From contig JAPETS010000016.1 in NCBI GenBank assembly GCA_026023565.1, positions 310,001 through 374,000 on the forward strand: DNA of 64,000 bases. The letters run 5' to 3'. The DNA is from Cirrosporium novae-zelandiae. Its lineage: Eukaryota. A program made the position numbers and the translations under genes. How positions within the stretch are numbered: position 1 is the stretch's first letter; the number at the start of each line of letters is the position of its first letter. Below are positions 51,127 to 64,000 of the stretch, one piece after another. Under the pieces are notes generated by a model. That model was not told the DNA's origin. It saw only the letters and a list, made by a program, of their open reading frames with translations, and did not search any database.

Positions 51127-53181
51127 CGATGAATGGTTGGCTTTTCTCTGTATTCCCCCCTTTGCGAAGCACCCACAATGCATATTTATTTCCTTTTGAG
51201 ACACCCCAGGAATCAGAATCGCTTAATCTCTCTTTTTTTGGCGATCGTTGCTACAGCTATACCACCATTCGCATCACCTGCAAAAAGCACAACACCTACA
51301 TACCCCCAGCCCATATACACAACATCAAAAAATACGCATATAGACGCACCTTGGACGTCAGAAAGAAAAACGGAAATATAATCCTTGAAAGCTAAAGAAG
51401 ATGAACTTATCGACTTATTCACGAATAATAGGCAAAGGCAAAGGGGAAAAGGATAACCCAGCTAGCTAAACCTTCTATACCACCTTCTCACCCCATTACG
51501 CTACAATAGCCCATTCAACCTATGGGCTGGAAACGGCCTTTCGGGGTTTCCCCTTTCCTTTGCTTATACTTTTTTCAACTTTCGGGAGGCATATTCCTAA
51601 CTCTAAGGCTCATGAATGAATTATCCTATGTAAGGGTTTGGGCCTTTTGCTTTGGCTTTGGCATTCATGGATGAGTGAGAGTGTTTTTTTGGCTTGTGGA
51701 CTCGAGGCAGGAGAAGCATAGCCTGCCGCGCGTGTGTGTTTGACGAGGGTAAGGCGGTAGTTAGCTAGGCGGATGGTGCGGCAGTGTGTTGGTGCGTGAA
51801 GTTGGATGGATGAAACCACAAATACAAATATCCATTATTATTACTGTTATAAGTTGCAATACGCTATAGCTATCCACTACACTACACTACGCTACACCAC
51901 ACTGCACTGCACTCGACTACATTTACTCATTTTTTGTATGATATTAGTTTTGATATTGGTATAATTGGTCAATCCATACCCATCACTACTACTTGTCAAA
52001 CTACTGCTACTGCCGCGTTCCATGTTACTTGGTTTGGTTTTTGCTAAGGGCGTATATAATATACATATATGTACGCGCAGTTGATAATTATTGTGATACT
52101 TTCTTACTTGCTACTTTTGTTTCAATGCAATACATACATACAACATGCTTTTTCTTAGATAATTATTTATCCTAATTATAATCACAAATCACAAATCACA
52201 ATTATCTATATAATGAATAAATAACTCCCTTACTTCTTTTCTAGGCAATATGTATGTAGTCGTGGTTTTATATAATAATCTATGATTTATGATTAATACC
52301 ATTCGTGTTTTTAAAATTTGATTTATTTTACTGGGAGGAGGGATAATATTGGATTGAATTGTAATTATCTATACTATCTAATGTGTAGTGTACTAAAGTA
52401 TGAGGTATACCGTTGAGTGGTGACACCATTATCCGTTCGTCCATATCCATAACCATATGCATATGCGTATGCGCTATACTATGTATATATGTATGTATGG
52501 GTATGTACTGTGCGTAGTCGGTCCCTTTCCCCCTAACCTAACCTAACCTAACCAGCGTATAGGTATGACCGACCTATGTATTGCCAGGTTTTTTTTCGCC
52601 ATCATCAAGAAGAAAAAGAAAAAAATGGGGGGGAGGGGAGAAAAGAAAAAGAGAGAAAAAAACCAGGTTGCTCCATATAACGTCGTCCAAACGTAGGCCT
52701 CATTGATATTCTGGGGGGTCTTTGCATCCAGAGTTTTGCCTTGCATGTGTGATGTGTCCTTCGTTTTGACCATGGATTGATCCCAAGTATTACCTAAATG
52801 CTGCTGTTGCTGTGCTTGTTTGCTGGCTCCAAACGAACCCTGAACGGAATGAAATTGATAGAGGCGAAAATAATGGGAAAGAAGTGAAAGGAAAGAATTT
52901 TGCTCATAAGAAGTAGAGGAATGGTACCGCAATCTTAACCCCCCCCCCTCCTTGAGGGAGACGAGAAGGAAAGAACCATCGAGGCTATTCTTGTTCAGAG
53001 AATGCCCCATTCCCACCCCACCCCATAGTAGGCAGAATGATCATAATAGCCCTCGGAAATGGGAATATACCTACTACCCCTACTCAGTCCAGGTTAGTGT
53101 ACCTGATCATTTCGTCAGCGAAGCAATCAAATCTGGCTTCTGAGCCAATTCTCCGTCAATTAGATAATCTGTAGCGTCGTG

Positions 53182-54892
53182 TTATTTTGGTTCATCTTCA
53201 ATCTGCCAGAAGATGCAAGGTCCAAGGTATTGCCCATCATCGAATTCATTATCCTCGCTTTCACATCGCCACCAGCGTCCCAGGATAATCTTCTTTGAAG
53301 GCAACACCACACCTTCATATGCCCAGGCAAATCCAGAAGCAACGGTCATACTGGCACTGCTATTATCAAGTGTATCGTCTTCTAGTGCAATCTCTTCTCT
53401 TATAAGATCTTCCATGTAGTACTTTACAAACGATATGCGTTGCCAACCAGGAATGTTCTCCTGAGGAGGTAGACCATGGATGTAACCGTCACATAGGAAA
53501 GTATTTTCGCCATCTTTTCCGGTGGCCGTGAATCTTTTTGCGGCATACTTCTTGTCCAGACTCTCATGAGGCTGTGGGTTGATATGTGCGTCGAAAGCAT
53601 CGGGGAACGATTTCACAAACGTATCAGGGAATGTGAAACTGAGTGTCTAGTAAAGTAACTAAGGTTAGCACAGAGATGGGTTAACCGTAAACTTGACAGG
53701 AGCCTTCTCTAAACTCGCCTGAAATGGGCCATCGCTAGCTTCATTAATATTATCGATGAATTGGTGATCACAATCCTCATTAAAAGCGGAGGTGTCACGG
53801 AACGCCGAAATATCCTCAGGACCGTCCAGGTACGCTAGTTAAAGGTGAGATGATGACGATGCACAATACGATGACTGAGAAACTTACTATATGAACCTAA
53901 CCAATTCTTTCCGAGAATGCTTGTTGCATCTTCAAGCTTCTTATCCCAAGCTTTCGGTTTCTCCCAATCTTGAAGTTCGTTGAAGTATGGCCAAAGGGTG
54001 CTCTCTGCTGTAGATTTGATATGGTATGAGAAGAAGTTGGAAATATGAAGCGCCCAGTCCAAATTAACCTTGTTTTTTTTTCTTCCTCTGAAAATAGGGA
54101 CCTTTACAGGATCTTGATATGCTACCTTCTGTGATGCGTTAAAACTATGATGGTTGGAGCTCTTCGCAGGTAAAGTCAGGGTCTTGTGAAAGAGAACCAA
54201 TTGCATAACCGCGAGGAGCGGGCTGATCTTGAACTTAGGGCTATGCTGAAGGACACAGTTGAGAAGGTTGGTACTCTCGCAAATAGACTCGAGGAAATCG
54301 ATGTTCTTTGATTTCAGGCAAGATCCATTTGGACTTTCAAAGGATTCTAAATTATTCTTAGCATTATTATTGAAAGTAAGGAGATTAACATACCTAATGT
54401 CAAGTTTTGCATCATCTTCAATATCTCCACTTCATCCTTGCTCTTGCCGAGAGAAAAAAATGTACCAGCTTGTTGTAGAAGATTCCGAGACTTGGGTGAG
54501 CGAGTACAATTTGATAAGATAGCTTGGAGGGTGACATTTCTAGAAAGAAAGTATCTCTGGATCAACTTCCGTTTCATGTAAGAAACTTGGAGCTCTTTTC
54601 CTGATTTACCAGGGGGCAGATCAAAGAATTGAGTAAATCGATGTCTCCAGACCCCAGATTGTGGATAGATGGTAGAGTGATATACGCCCCAGCAGCTAAG
54701 CATGAAATTCATCAAGTTATGATCTTTTTCGATGAACGAGGCAATATTCTGGATCACCTGAATCGCATTAGTTAGTCAGGAGCAATGTAATCCAATGAAG
54801 GAGGCAAATACCTCTGGAGGCAACCCGAAGTTGACCGCCGCAGGTAACATTATCTTGTGGTTTGTCTTCTTTCGACAGCTGTCAATGTCCAT
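53182..54892 (-). CDS. F-box-like domain protein, multi-exon
   Basis: Spliced N-terminal LPPE|VIQNIASFI...FMLSC resembles an F-box. C-terminal WAYEGVVLP..IILGRWW..GPCIFW motif. The ORF segments are joined by GT-AG introns. Confidence 0.65.
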
Positions 54893-55348
54893 GATTACGG
54901 ACATGAGCCAAGTGAAAAGTATCCGAGGAAGGTGTAAAACGGATGACGAAAGGAGGAGACCATGAACCAACAATGGTACTTATAGAAGTCTAGAAACTAT
55001 TGCCAGACATGACTTAGCGAAAGGTGAACTTGAAAAAACTTTTACTTGAAGGCTTCCTAAAAGTTTAAAGAGGAAAGATCAGTTTTAATTAAACCTGATG
55101 TAAATCTCTGCGAAGTGTAATATGAGAAGCTCCCTTACGCCTGTCTAATCGCCTCTATTTCTCCCTATTAAAAGCAGTTCTGGAAAATAATGCAAGTTTT
55201 AAGGGAGGTTCACTAGAGTGCTGCCATAAAGTGAACGGAAGTGGGAAATAGTACTAAACCTGAGCTTGGATACCTGAGATGCGGGGGAGGTCTTCTGGCA
55301 AATTCAATCCACTCTGCTCATTCAGTTTCTTGATTGTCAGCACATCTT

Positions 55349-55997
55349 TTAAGATGTTGGCCAAATCACTGTAACTACTACACAAAGTGTATGGATACAG
55401 TTTCCCCAAACATATTTACCTGTAGAGATTTCTGGGTCAGTTGATGTCGGGACTGTCCCAAAGCTCATCTCAGTAGCTGACTCTTCTCGAACGACAACAT
55501 AGATCTCCCCAGTAGCATCTGGGCTCATAAATATGCATCCTTGCTTATCAATTGCAATACTCATCGGTCTAAAGCAATTATCTGAGCACTTTGAATTATT
55601 CACATTCGTCATGATATCTGTTGTCGAGGTCTTATTATGGAAAGCTGCTACCGTGAAACGTTACCCAGCCTTCTGTGCCGCTATTGTTAAACTTGATATC
55701 TAACGGTGCTATGTGCGCTTGGAATGTCAATCGCGGAGGCACTATTTCGGCGCAGAAAGTGTCGTCGATGGTGTTGTTTGGGATCCCCATTGCCAACTGT
55801 TCACCAATGGTTAGATTGTCTGGAATATCATTCAAGTCCCATGCTGCATAGCAATACGAATGTTCATAATTATTCCTGATTCGCATACTTCGTTTCATCC
55901 AAATAGCCATGAAAGTTCATTTCTTCCCTAGGATTATTCCCATGTATATCCCTACCGCCTCTGGTGACCTGATCAGCCGAATTCTCCACACTATATA
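55349..55997 (-). pseudogene. Truncated, frameshifted glucose/sorbosone (PQQ-type, AA12-like) dehydrogenase remnant
   Basis: SVENSADQVTRGGRDIHGNNPREEMNFHGYL, then a frameshift near 55873, then YCYAAWD..PPRLTFQAHIAPLDIKFN..VTFHGS. A further frame break or deletion precedes CFRPMSIAIDKQGCIFMSPDATGEIYV. The N-terminal half is absent. Confidence 0.8.
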
Positions 55998-56957
55998 TAT
56001 ACTTCTACCTTGACCAAGTGCTGCTTTTGGCAAATCAATTCTGTTCTCCTACGATTAGCCGATTGACTGATTAGATGTATGTATGACTCTGTTTCAAATG
56101 TGTTGCCAGTATATCGGGGGGGGGATTGAAATTAATAATGTTTCAAATATTTTAAAGGTTGAATTCTAAGAAACGCGAATATAAATGAGCAAGCTCTAAC
56201 ATCAGAAATGTGAAAAAAAGGGGGCGGCATTACTCGCTTACGTCATTAGTGGGGAGTATTTCATTCTTATTTACACGGCAATTGTTATTATACCAAAGTA
56301 GAGACGGAGAGCCTAAGGGTGAAACTAAAAAGGTATACTACAGTATATGCACAGTACGGATTTCAAAAACAACAAGATAGCCCAATTTACATTGAGAAAG
56401 ATCTCCTAAGTAAAACCACGTTTCAATCTAAACCATAAATATCCAGATTTTATTTGAGGCCCCCCCCCCACATGCATACCGTAGCGTAACTTTTTGGTTC
56501 TATCCTTGGCCATCAAAGATCGAGTATTTGAATACATTCGATTCCAGTTATACGTTACATGACCAATGGTAAAAAAACTTCATAGCTATTCATACAAGAC
56601 CTCGAGGTTAGTCCTCTGCACACTTGCAGCATCCACTCATTCTGCACCAGCCTTTTGGCATTGCCATCTTTAACACTTTCTAATTACGAATTCTCCCCCT
56701 AACTAAAATTCATTGCTTAGATGGAATTCATCATCGAGAACATATACCGTTCAGATCCATATTTTTTGGGGTATCGTAAGAAGACTGTCACTTTTTCGAA
56801 GAGAGTTGCCCGTTGTTGTTCAATGGGATGTAAATGTTGTCTCTCCCGAAAGAGGGAGTATTACTCCTGAGAAGAATACGTAAATTCAAAGGAGGACAGG
56901 AAAACAATCCAACTGCATATCTGGCCTTATTTCAAATTAAAGACCCAGATTCGCCTT

Positions 56958-59859
56958 TCATAGTAGACTTTCATATGCATCAATTCCTTGCTTCTGTTCT
57001 TGTTTTTGTAATCCCGGGGTAGTATTTGTACCAGTCATCCCACCCCCGCTGGCGGATAAACCTACCCCGTAACGAGGCTGGGGGGTTAGTATTGAATTTG
57101 CTTGAGGAGGTGGTGCTATGTTGAAAGTTGAGAAAGTACTTGGGGCTATGGTGCTTTGGGGGGATAGCGGACCGCCTGGGGATAAAGAAGATGGTGGTGC
57201 TGGGATAGAGAAAGACGTGTTAAAAGTATTGCTATTGTTCCCGAGGGAGCCACCAGATTGGCTTGAATTTAGATTTTTCAAATTTGCCATGGGTGAGTTA
57301 GATGGGACCCTTTGTTGAGACCATGGATTTGGTTGGGTGGAGGTATTTAACCAATTTGAAGATGGTTGCACGACACTTGGTTGAAGAGGATTCATTGACA
57401 TGCCCATGCTTGATGCCGAAGTTGACGATGAAGACGGTCGATTCGCTGGCATAAGAGTCGCAAAGGCATTCAAAGTCTGATCAGGAGTTATGGCTCGTGA
57501 CGTCATACTTTGTATTGGAGATAAAGCTGATGGTACTGATGGTTGTTGTACCACATTGGAGGGTGTCGACCAAGAGAATTTCGACTGTTCACGGTCGTCA
57601 GCCCAAGGCGAAGAATTCGAAGTTTTGGTGGCAGGGCCAGTTCCCCAGCCACTGTCAACAGGACTTGGTTCGGATTTGCGTCCTAGAACTAGTCGTTCAA
57701 AGTCTTCTTGATGGTTTCCAACCTTGGGTGAGCCATCGACAAGGCTTGAAGAAGACATCCCAGCATTTCGGTTACTACCTAGCCCACTTGCTGAATGGGA
57801 TGATAGCTCTTGGAGTTTCTTCATTTGCTCCTTTTCGATTTTTGACGATAAAATCTTAATTAAATTCATATATTGCTGGAACTGCTGTAAATTGAGGAGA
57901 GGCCCAAGTGAAAATGCCCAAAGTATAGGTAAAACTTCCGTAGCTAAGAAGTCATAATCGGCTATTGTACCAACTTGCTGAAAGACCTTGAGCGCTGCTA
58001 TCATGACTGCAGGTTCTTTGGTCTTGATGCTTTTAAGTAAAGGAACAACCTTCTCTTGGACTGTATATTTATCGAGGACCGATGTTGAGGATGACTTTGT
58101 TTGTGTATTTCCACCGAGTTCATCTTCTATCGACTTACCCTGCGTGTCTGATATAGACCCACCGCATAAAAGAACAAAGGCCTCAAGACCTCGGACCTTG
58201 ATTCCGAGGCTGTTCGTTCTACTGAAAACGGCTGCAACAATGGGGAAAACTTCGTTCTTGATTGTGGAGAAATCAAGTACAGAAAGTACAATAGGGAGGC
58301 ATTTTAATGCAGCATCCACGACTGCATGAGTTTGCGATTGAATCGCAAGTAGAATCATCGGTAGTAAATCTAGGCGGTCTTAGAAAATCTTTTAGACCAG
58401 GTAGTAGAGGCTTACCATCTTGAAACCGTTTTCCCGAGCATTTTTCACTGATAAGTTGAATATTTTCAAGAAGGACCATTAACCCTGCCTCCTTTGCAGG
58501 TTCTCTCTCAGAAGGATTTACTGGTCTCGTCAAAAACGTTTCGCGAAGCGCAGGAATTACTTTGTCATTCAAGGTGCGCTCTCCTCCGGGGAGCATCTGA
58601 ATAATCTTAAACATGTCCTGGAGAATAAGTGATAATAAATCTCGGTCCTTCATTTCATCCAATAGTGCCGGAAGTAGTTTCTTTTCTAGAACAGATACGG
58701 GAAATTGATTTAGGATGCGAGGCAAGCCCCGTAAGAATTGCGACTTTTCATTGGGTGTCTTCGCAGGAAGAGATTCGAGAAAACGGATGGTTGACACGAG
58801 GATATTATCGAAGTACTGAGACTGCTGGAATTCCCTAGCATTGCATCTCTGTGCAGGCCTTCTCGTAATAAGCCGAGGTAGTACATATGTTGAGAGGTCT
58901 TTTGAAAGCGGCTTGGAAGATAAAAAGTTATTCGCCGGCGAGGGTACAGTAGCAGCCGAGCTGAATATCTTTTTATAGGTTGATGGATTCGAATTAGTGA
59001 CGACGGGAGACTTATGGGGTGAATTATACAGGGCAATAATGAGAAGGCCTAGGGAGAATAGATCCGCAGAAGTGGTCACATTGGAGTCAAGAACGAAATC
59101 AGGAGAACAGTAGTCAAGATCCAGCTGGACAGAACGTGGAAGCCTGGGATCATAATGTAAGACTTCGGAGAGAGAGATAGGTGCTGTGGGTGTATGACCA
59201 GGGGTGTTGTCTGGTGGGCCAGAAAACCCTAATCCCGATATTTTCCAATCAGACTTTGCATTCACAAATATTGCTTCGGGGGTCAGGTTCCCATGCACAA
59301 GATGTGCTGACTCGTGCAAAAACTCCAGTCCTTTGCCTACTTGAATCAACCCTTTCTGTATTTCCAATTCATCTAATTCAATGTCCCTTTTATGCCGTTC
59401 GCCAGCCTGAGTATTCTCAGCAATATGTTGACTTGGTCGCCCACTAGAACCGCCCGACCTTTCTTGGTCGTCCCTTTCACGTAAAAGGCCAGCAAGTGAT
59501 GCTGTAACCGGTTCAGTGGCGAACATAAGACCTCCATGGCGTGTCTCCTCCACTGGTTCAGTCAACTCCAGTATACTTGGATGTCGCAGCCTTGCTAGAC
59601 TACTTGCTTCCTTTTTCAGTCTTTCGACGACTTCATCCTGGGCTCTCTTCAAAGCAGTGCCTCCAGATCGGCTGCCAAAGTTTCCAGATGGTCCTTCCAA
59701 AGACCTTCTATCGAAGACAAATACCGATACCTCCTTTCCTGTGGATTTGTTCTTCCCATCATATATCTTCCAAGGCCCAGAAATTGATGTTGGCTGGCGG
59801 TTCAAGGTATAGTTGGCTTGAATGTTGGATGAGAAGGATTTCAGCGCCGAGGTAAACAT
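56958..59859 (-). CDS. SCY1: SCY1 protein-kinase-like protein with HEAT repeats, 2 exons
   Basis: MFTSALKSFSSNI start, LARLRHPSIL, GLEFLHESAHLVHGNLTPEAIFVNAKSDWKISG, HEAT region and low-complexity tail ending AYESLL. Confidence 0.9.
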
Positions 59860-60480
59860 CTTGGAGTTAAGTAAAGAGGAAACGTTGTAAGTCGCAATTC
59901 ACCAATATCCAGGACATAGCGGGAGATAAATTTCATCAAATCCTGAGGTACGTGTGGATCGCGATAGGCAAATATTTGAATTATAATTTGGGCAGTTTGG
60001 GCAGTTTGGGCTCTACACAGGACGGTCCTTGGGTTTCCTTGGACCCGCATAAAATAAATGCCTAGGCGGCCCGCCGTGCCCGCTTACCAAGGTTTAGCGC
60101 CAAATAATCTTGGCATTGATGTTATCGATAAACTAAGACCCTTTCCAAGAGAAATGGCAACATTTACAAAAAGAAGTTTCATTACTTTCGATGGTACGGA
60201 TAGATAGAAAAAAAAGTAACTGGACTTAAGCAAGCTCCAAACAAATCAGATTAGACTATAATCTAAACCAGGTTTATAAAAATTGAATTTTGCTCTTCAG
60301 ACTGTTGGGAAACCTTCAAAAAAAGCCGGGTTATAATTCAAATCGATTTTCATTGAAACCCGGTTTTGTTTGAAGGCCTCCCCATGGTCACATTTTGGCT
60401 AGATGTTACCCCCCCGAAATACAATTGAAAAGGAAATGGGTTGTACTTTCGTTGTTGTCATCAGGCTCAAAACATAGTCA

Positions 60481-62178
60481 TCAGTGTTCACTTCCAGGCG
60501 TCGTCGCAACTGGTTCAGCGATTGCTCTTGCTGTCACTGTAACTTCTGTCTTCGTGCGCTCTCCACCACTAATGTAATCCGTCGGCTGTTTTCCAGAATT
60601 CTGGCTTTCAATATCCGTGGTATCGTCAACTGTAAATTGCACTTGTTGCCATATCTGCAAAGAGACCCCATCTGTCGTGATGTCTTCTTGGCTTTCGCTT
60701 CTTCCACCCCTTTTATTATGGTTCCATCTACCCGTGGCACTCTTGGTCGGATCAACGCTGCTGCCCAACACAGTACTGCCATTCATATAGGTTCTTCTCG
60801 TGCCAGTCCCTTTTCCATAAGAAGACCCAGAGAAAGACCGCAAATTGAAGAGATGCCGGAGGAGTGTCCAACAGTTTGGGAGATTGGCAACTAGAAAAGC
60901 CGTGCTTGCTTCTCGTACATACCAGAAGGTCCAATCGGAACTATAGGGATCCTTGAAGGTAGAGACTTTGTTGAGAATTGCAGCTAATATCTATAGTATG
61001 TCAGATGAGGCGAGAGGTATCAGGGCTATAGAGTAACAAACAACGAATGCGCCAAGGCTGAAAAGTGCACATAGGATTATTTTTCTGCGGTACCATCAGT
61101 ATATAAATTTAAATTTGAGGTCTTGACGTTCTTGGAAGTACCTTTGAGTTGCAAGCGTAGACTTTACAAAAAGAGGTAAAGGTATGCACATCATCATCAG
61201 ATCGGTTGAAATATTAAAGACCATGTTCATGATTAAGTGGTGCATAGCGGTGTTACATTGCGCTGTTGCGAATACCTTCGGTTAGAATATATGTTGATGG
61301 AGAATGGTCCAGAAATACTAACGATTTGGAGTTGGAACTGCCCAATAATTCGAAAATGGTCTACACCAAACTCCGAAGTAGCAGATCTCCATAACAATCA
61401 AGGAAACAGCGACGTATGCAGCGACAATTTTCACAGCAAGATGTTGCCTCAAGGCAAGTCTGAGGATAGAAGCAATGAGAGAAGTTTAAAATAGAAAGTT
61501 ATAGAGCTCTTTACTCACGTAATCTTGGAGTACATGAGAAGCAAGCATCCCTTGCAGCCCCATACTGTCATGATCATACTTTGTTCCACCACAAGAACCA
61601 TTTTGCTTCCATAAGTTCTGTCCTTAACGGATTGGGGCGTAAGTGACGCCAATTCATCAGGTGTCATTAAGTTTGTATCAACATGTTCAACGACGTTGAG
61701 GGTAGGGACAAGGATCGAGTAGAAGATCTATTAAATATGTAGAAATCAGTCATCAAGGAGTGTTCCAGATGATATCGACAATTCTAATATTCACGGTGCT
61801 TGAAATAGACCGAGTAACCCAAAAGACGGTGGAAATGCTCCCAAATAAAGGTGAAGGCTGTTCTTCACACCTGAATTCAAGGGCAAATAATAGTGAAGTA
61901 ACCTGTAACCATATACTGATAGGGCACTCAGGCTTCAATTTCCATTATTGCCTGGCTGAAGGGGTAAGCACATACAGCAGTCAAGACCATTAGCCAATCC
62001 TCTAGTTGTAAATTTTTGGGATTTCCGAGTAATAATGAACGTGAGGCACTATAAAAAATGGAGTCAGGACTCTGAGTTATGATGTAAATGGATAATGTGG
62101 GAAAGCTAACAATCGACAACATAATATTGCCATGGCAAAAGAATACCAAATCCATGATTCGATGCTTAAAGGAACCAT
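60481..62178 (-). CDS. PTH11-like (fungal rhodopsin-domain) integral membrane protein, multi-exon
   Basis: Assembled exons MVPLSIESWIWYSFAMAILCCRF, LQLEDWLMVLTA, GSKMVLVVEQSMIMTVWGCKGCLLLMY, FNISTDLMMMCIPLP and WYVREASTAFLVANLP. Confidence 0.8.
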
Positions 62179-64000
62179 ATTGGCTTGCTGTCGCCTGAAG
62201 CGAATAATAACGAACAATGGAAAACGATTGAGGAATTAGTGAAAAAAAGAAGGTATAGGCCACAGGAACGGAGATAGGTGGACCCTAAGTATAAGCAGGG
62301 ATTTATGACGGTACGACATCTTGTGTTGATGTACGCAATCAACCAGAACATGCGATCAATAAGCATAGGGGATCTCAGATAAAAAGCATCACCCTCAAAT
62401 TCCGAACACCGCCCTAGGATATGCTTCCTTTTACAAACGTGGGCTACAGGGGGAAGTAAATACTACTGTGGAACTAGAGCAGCTCCGAGGTCTGTGAGCA
62501 TGCACGAACCTCTCCGTTGATAGAAACTGTATCTGATAAGGCAGAGGGCAAGTTTTCAATAGCGCTGATAAAGTAGAGAAGGTGGAATGACAGCAAAGAT
62601 ACCGACTATGAATCCCGGTTTCAAGTGGCGCGTTTTCGTGGATTCCGTCAAGTTTTCCCTATTCTAGAAGCTAAGCGCCCCGTCGAGGAAACCAAAGATG
62701 TTAATACTGAGTTTATCGATTCTGGGGAAGTGTACCTTACGCTCGGTTTGTCGATCAATTATATTAAACTTGATATGCAAGTAATGACCTTGAGTTCAAG
62801 TCTGGTGGGAAAGCTTAGACAAGTGCAAGACTGGGGATATTTTGCATTCACCATTATCCCAAGTTGTTGGATTCAACGCCCATACGACGATCGTCTCCGG
62901 GTGGCAGAGCAGTCTAATGCCAAATGCCATGTGCAGTGAACGAAGCTTGAGAGGTTAAAATGGAAATTTGCAATGCGGGTGAGATCCCCCCACAAGGCTT
63001 AAAGTTAAAACAGACATTAATTATTCCTGCGAGGTGTTGACAGGCAGGGGCAGCGGGAATTCTTGTCCAAAGAGGAAATCCCGAGATTTCTCCGATATGC
63101 CACAGAGGGTTGATTGGCCAGAGATATAGAGTTCGCTTCGTCGCAAATGACCCTCTTCTTTTCTCATCCAAGCATGAAAAGCATGAAAAGCCGGAACAGA
63201 GGCGATGTTATTGTCCGGCGAAGTCTGTATTAAACCGGCTTCATGTCATCAATCTGAAAACTGGCATGTCCAGGGATGTATGTATTCCTGTTTGCAGGGC
63301 CGACGAATGAGAAGGGAATCCGCTATGGCCTCTGTATGTTAGGGGAATCACTAAAGGCTTTTTGGATCAGTGGAAAATGATGTAACCAATAAAATCACAG
63401 GGGAAGCTAATTCCTTCCAGGAAGCTCTTCGGCCCATCGTAGATAGGGGAATATCTTTAGCAACACGTGCAAGGATCCTTCGAAACCATCGAGAAGAACA
63501 TGGAAAACTTTGAGCAGGGCCGAATGAAGCTGGAATGGGATATGTTCAAAAAGTTAGGGATTCATTTATGATGAAAAGAGAGAAAAAATCCATAGTTTGG
63601 TTTTGTTCATGACGAAGTATTCCTGCTCGTACGCTAGCCATTCCTGCTATTCATAAAAGGAGATAATCAACCCATCACCTAGAGAAGAAAAGTGGTGTTC
63701 CTGCTCATATGCTAGTCATTTGTGCCAGGTCTCGCTGTCCTCGGTGTACTGGATGGGCTCTGTAGTGTTCTTTCATGATCAACATGATAGAGTCCATGAT
63801 ACCTAACGAGACTTTGTCCCTAAGCACAACAGTTCGTTGAGGTCATTGCAGGTGTTATCATAACCGGGGTTGAATAGATATAGGACCTTTGGGCCAAAAG
63901 GAGGACAAGGAATCTATTATGATTGTAGGTAAAAATAGTGATTGTCCGGTTGATAGTCCTTAATCTTCGCTCTGGGAAGTCTTCAAGCAAAATTAGTGTT

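Noticed and set aside
52532..52553. (CCTAA)4 telomere-like repeat
   Set aside because: Short 5-mer microsatellite in a repeat-rich spacer. It is not the CCCTAA fungal telomere repeat and has no telomerase RNA context.
62300..64000. Short ORFs and a near-duplicate motif (ttcctgctc.ta.gctag.catt) at about 63620 and 63698
   Set aside because: No recognisable protein similarity or splice-consistent gene model. The repeat is too short to interpret and is not a CRISPR-like array.

Overview
This is gene-dense, intron-rich DNA from a filamentous ascomycete (Pezizomycotina-type GT-AG introns of about 50-60 nt). It carries about 19 protein-coding genes: a secreted Kex2-repeat protein, three adjacent splicing factors (CLF1, PRP31, CUS2/Tat-SF1), an ammonium permease, GCN20, TRM6, ARC18, MED19/ROX3, an LCB4-type kinase, RRP1, a DIM-5-type H3K9 methyltransferase, CCH1, SEC13, PEX20, WHI2, an F-box protein, SCY1, a PTH11-like membrane protein and one hypothetical protein. 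There is also a decayed sugar-dehydrogenase pseudogene. The most striking signal is non-coding: a tRNA-Val(CAC) gene at 20656-20861 that has a normal anticodon-loop intron plus two spliceosomal-type GT-AG introns in its T-arm. Removing all three gives a complete 73-nt cloverleaf. Other notable signals are a 150-codon AUG-free in-frame extension of WHI2 starting at an ACG in good context, an intronic snR38-like box C/D snoRNA in CUS2, structured long first introns in GCN20 and RRP1, and a TIR-bounded element in the CLF1/PRP31 bidirectional promoter. All calls come from reading the sequence and recalled family motifs; no searches were run.
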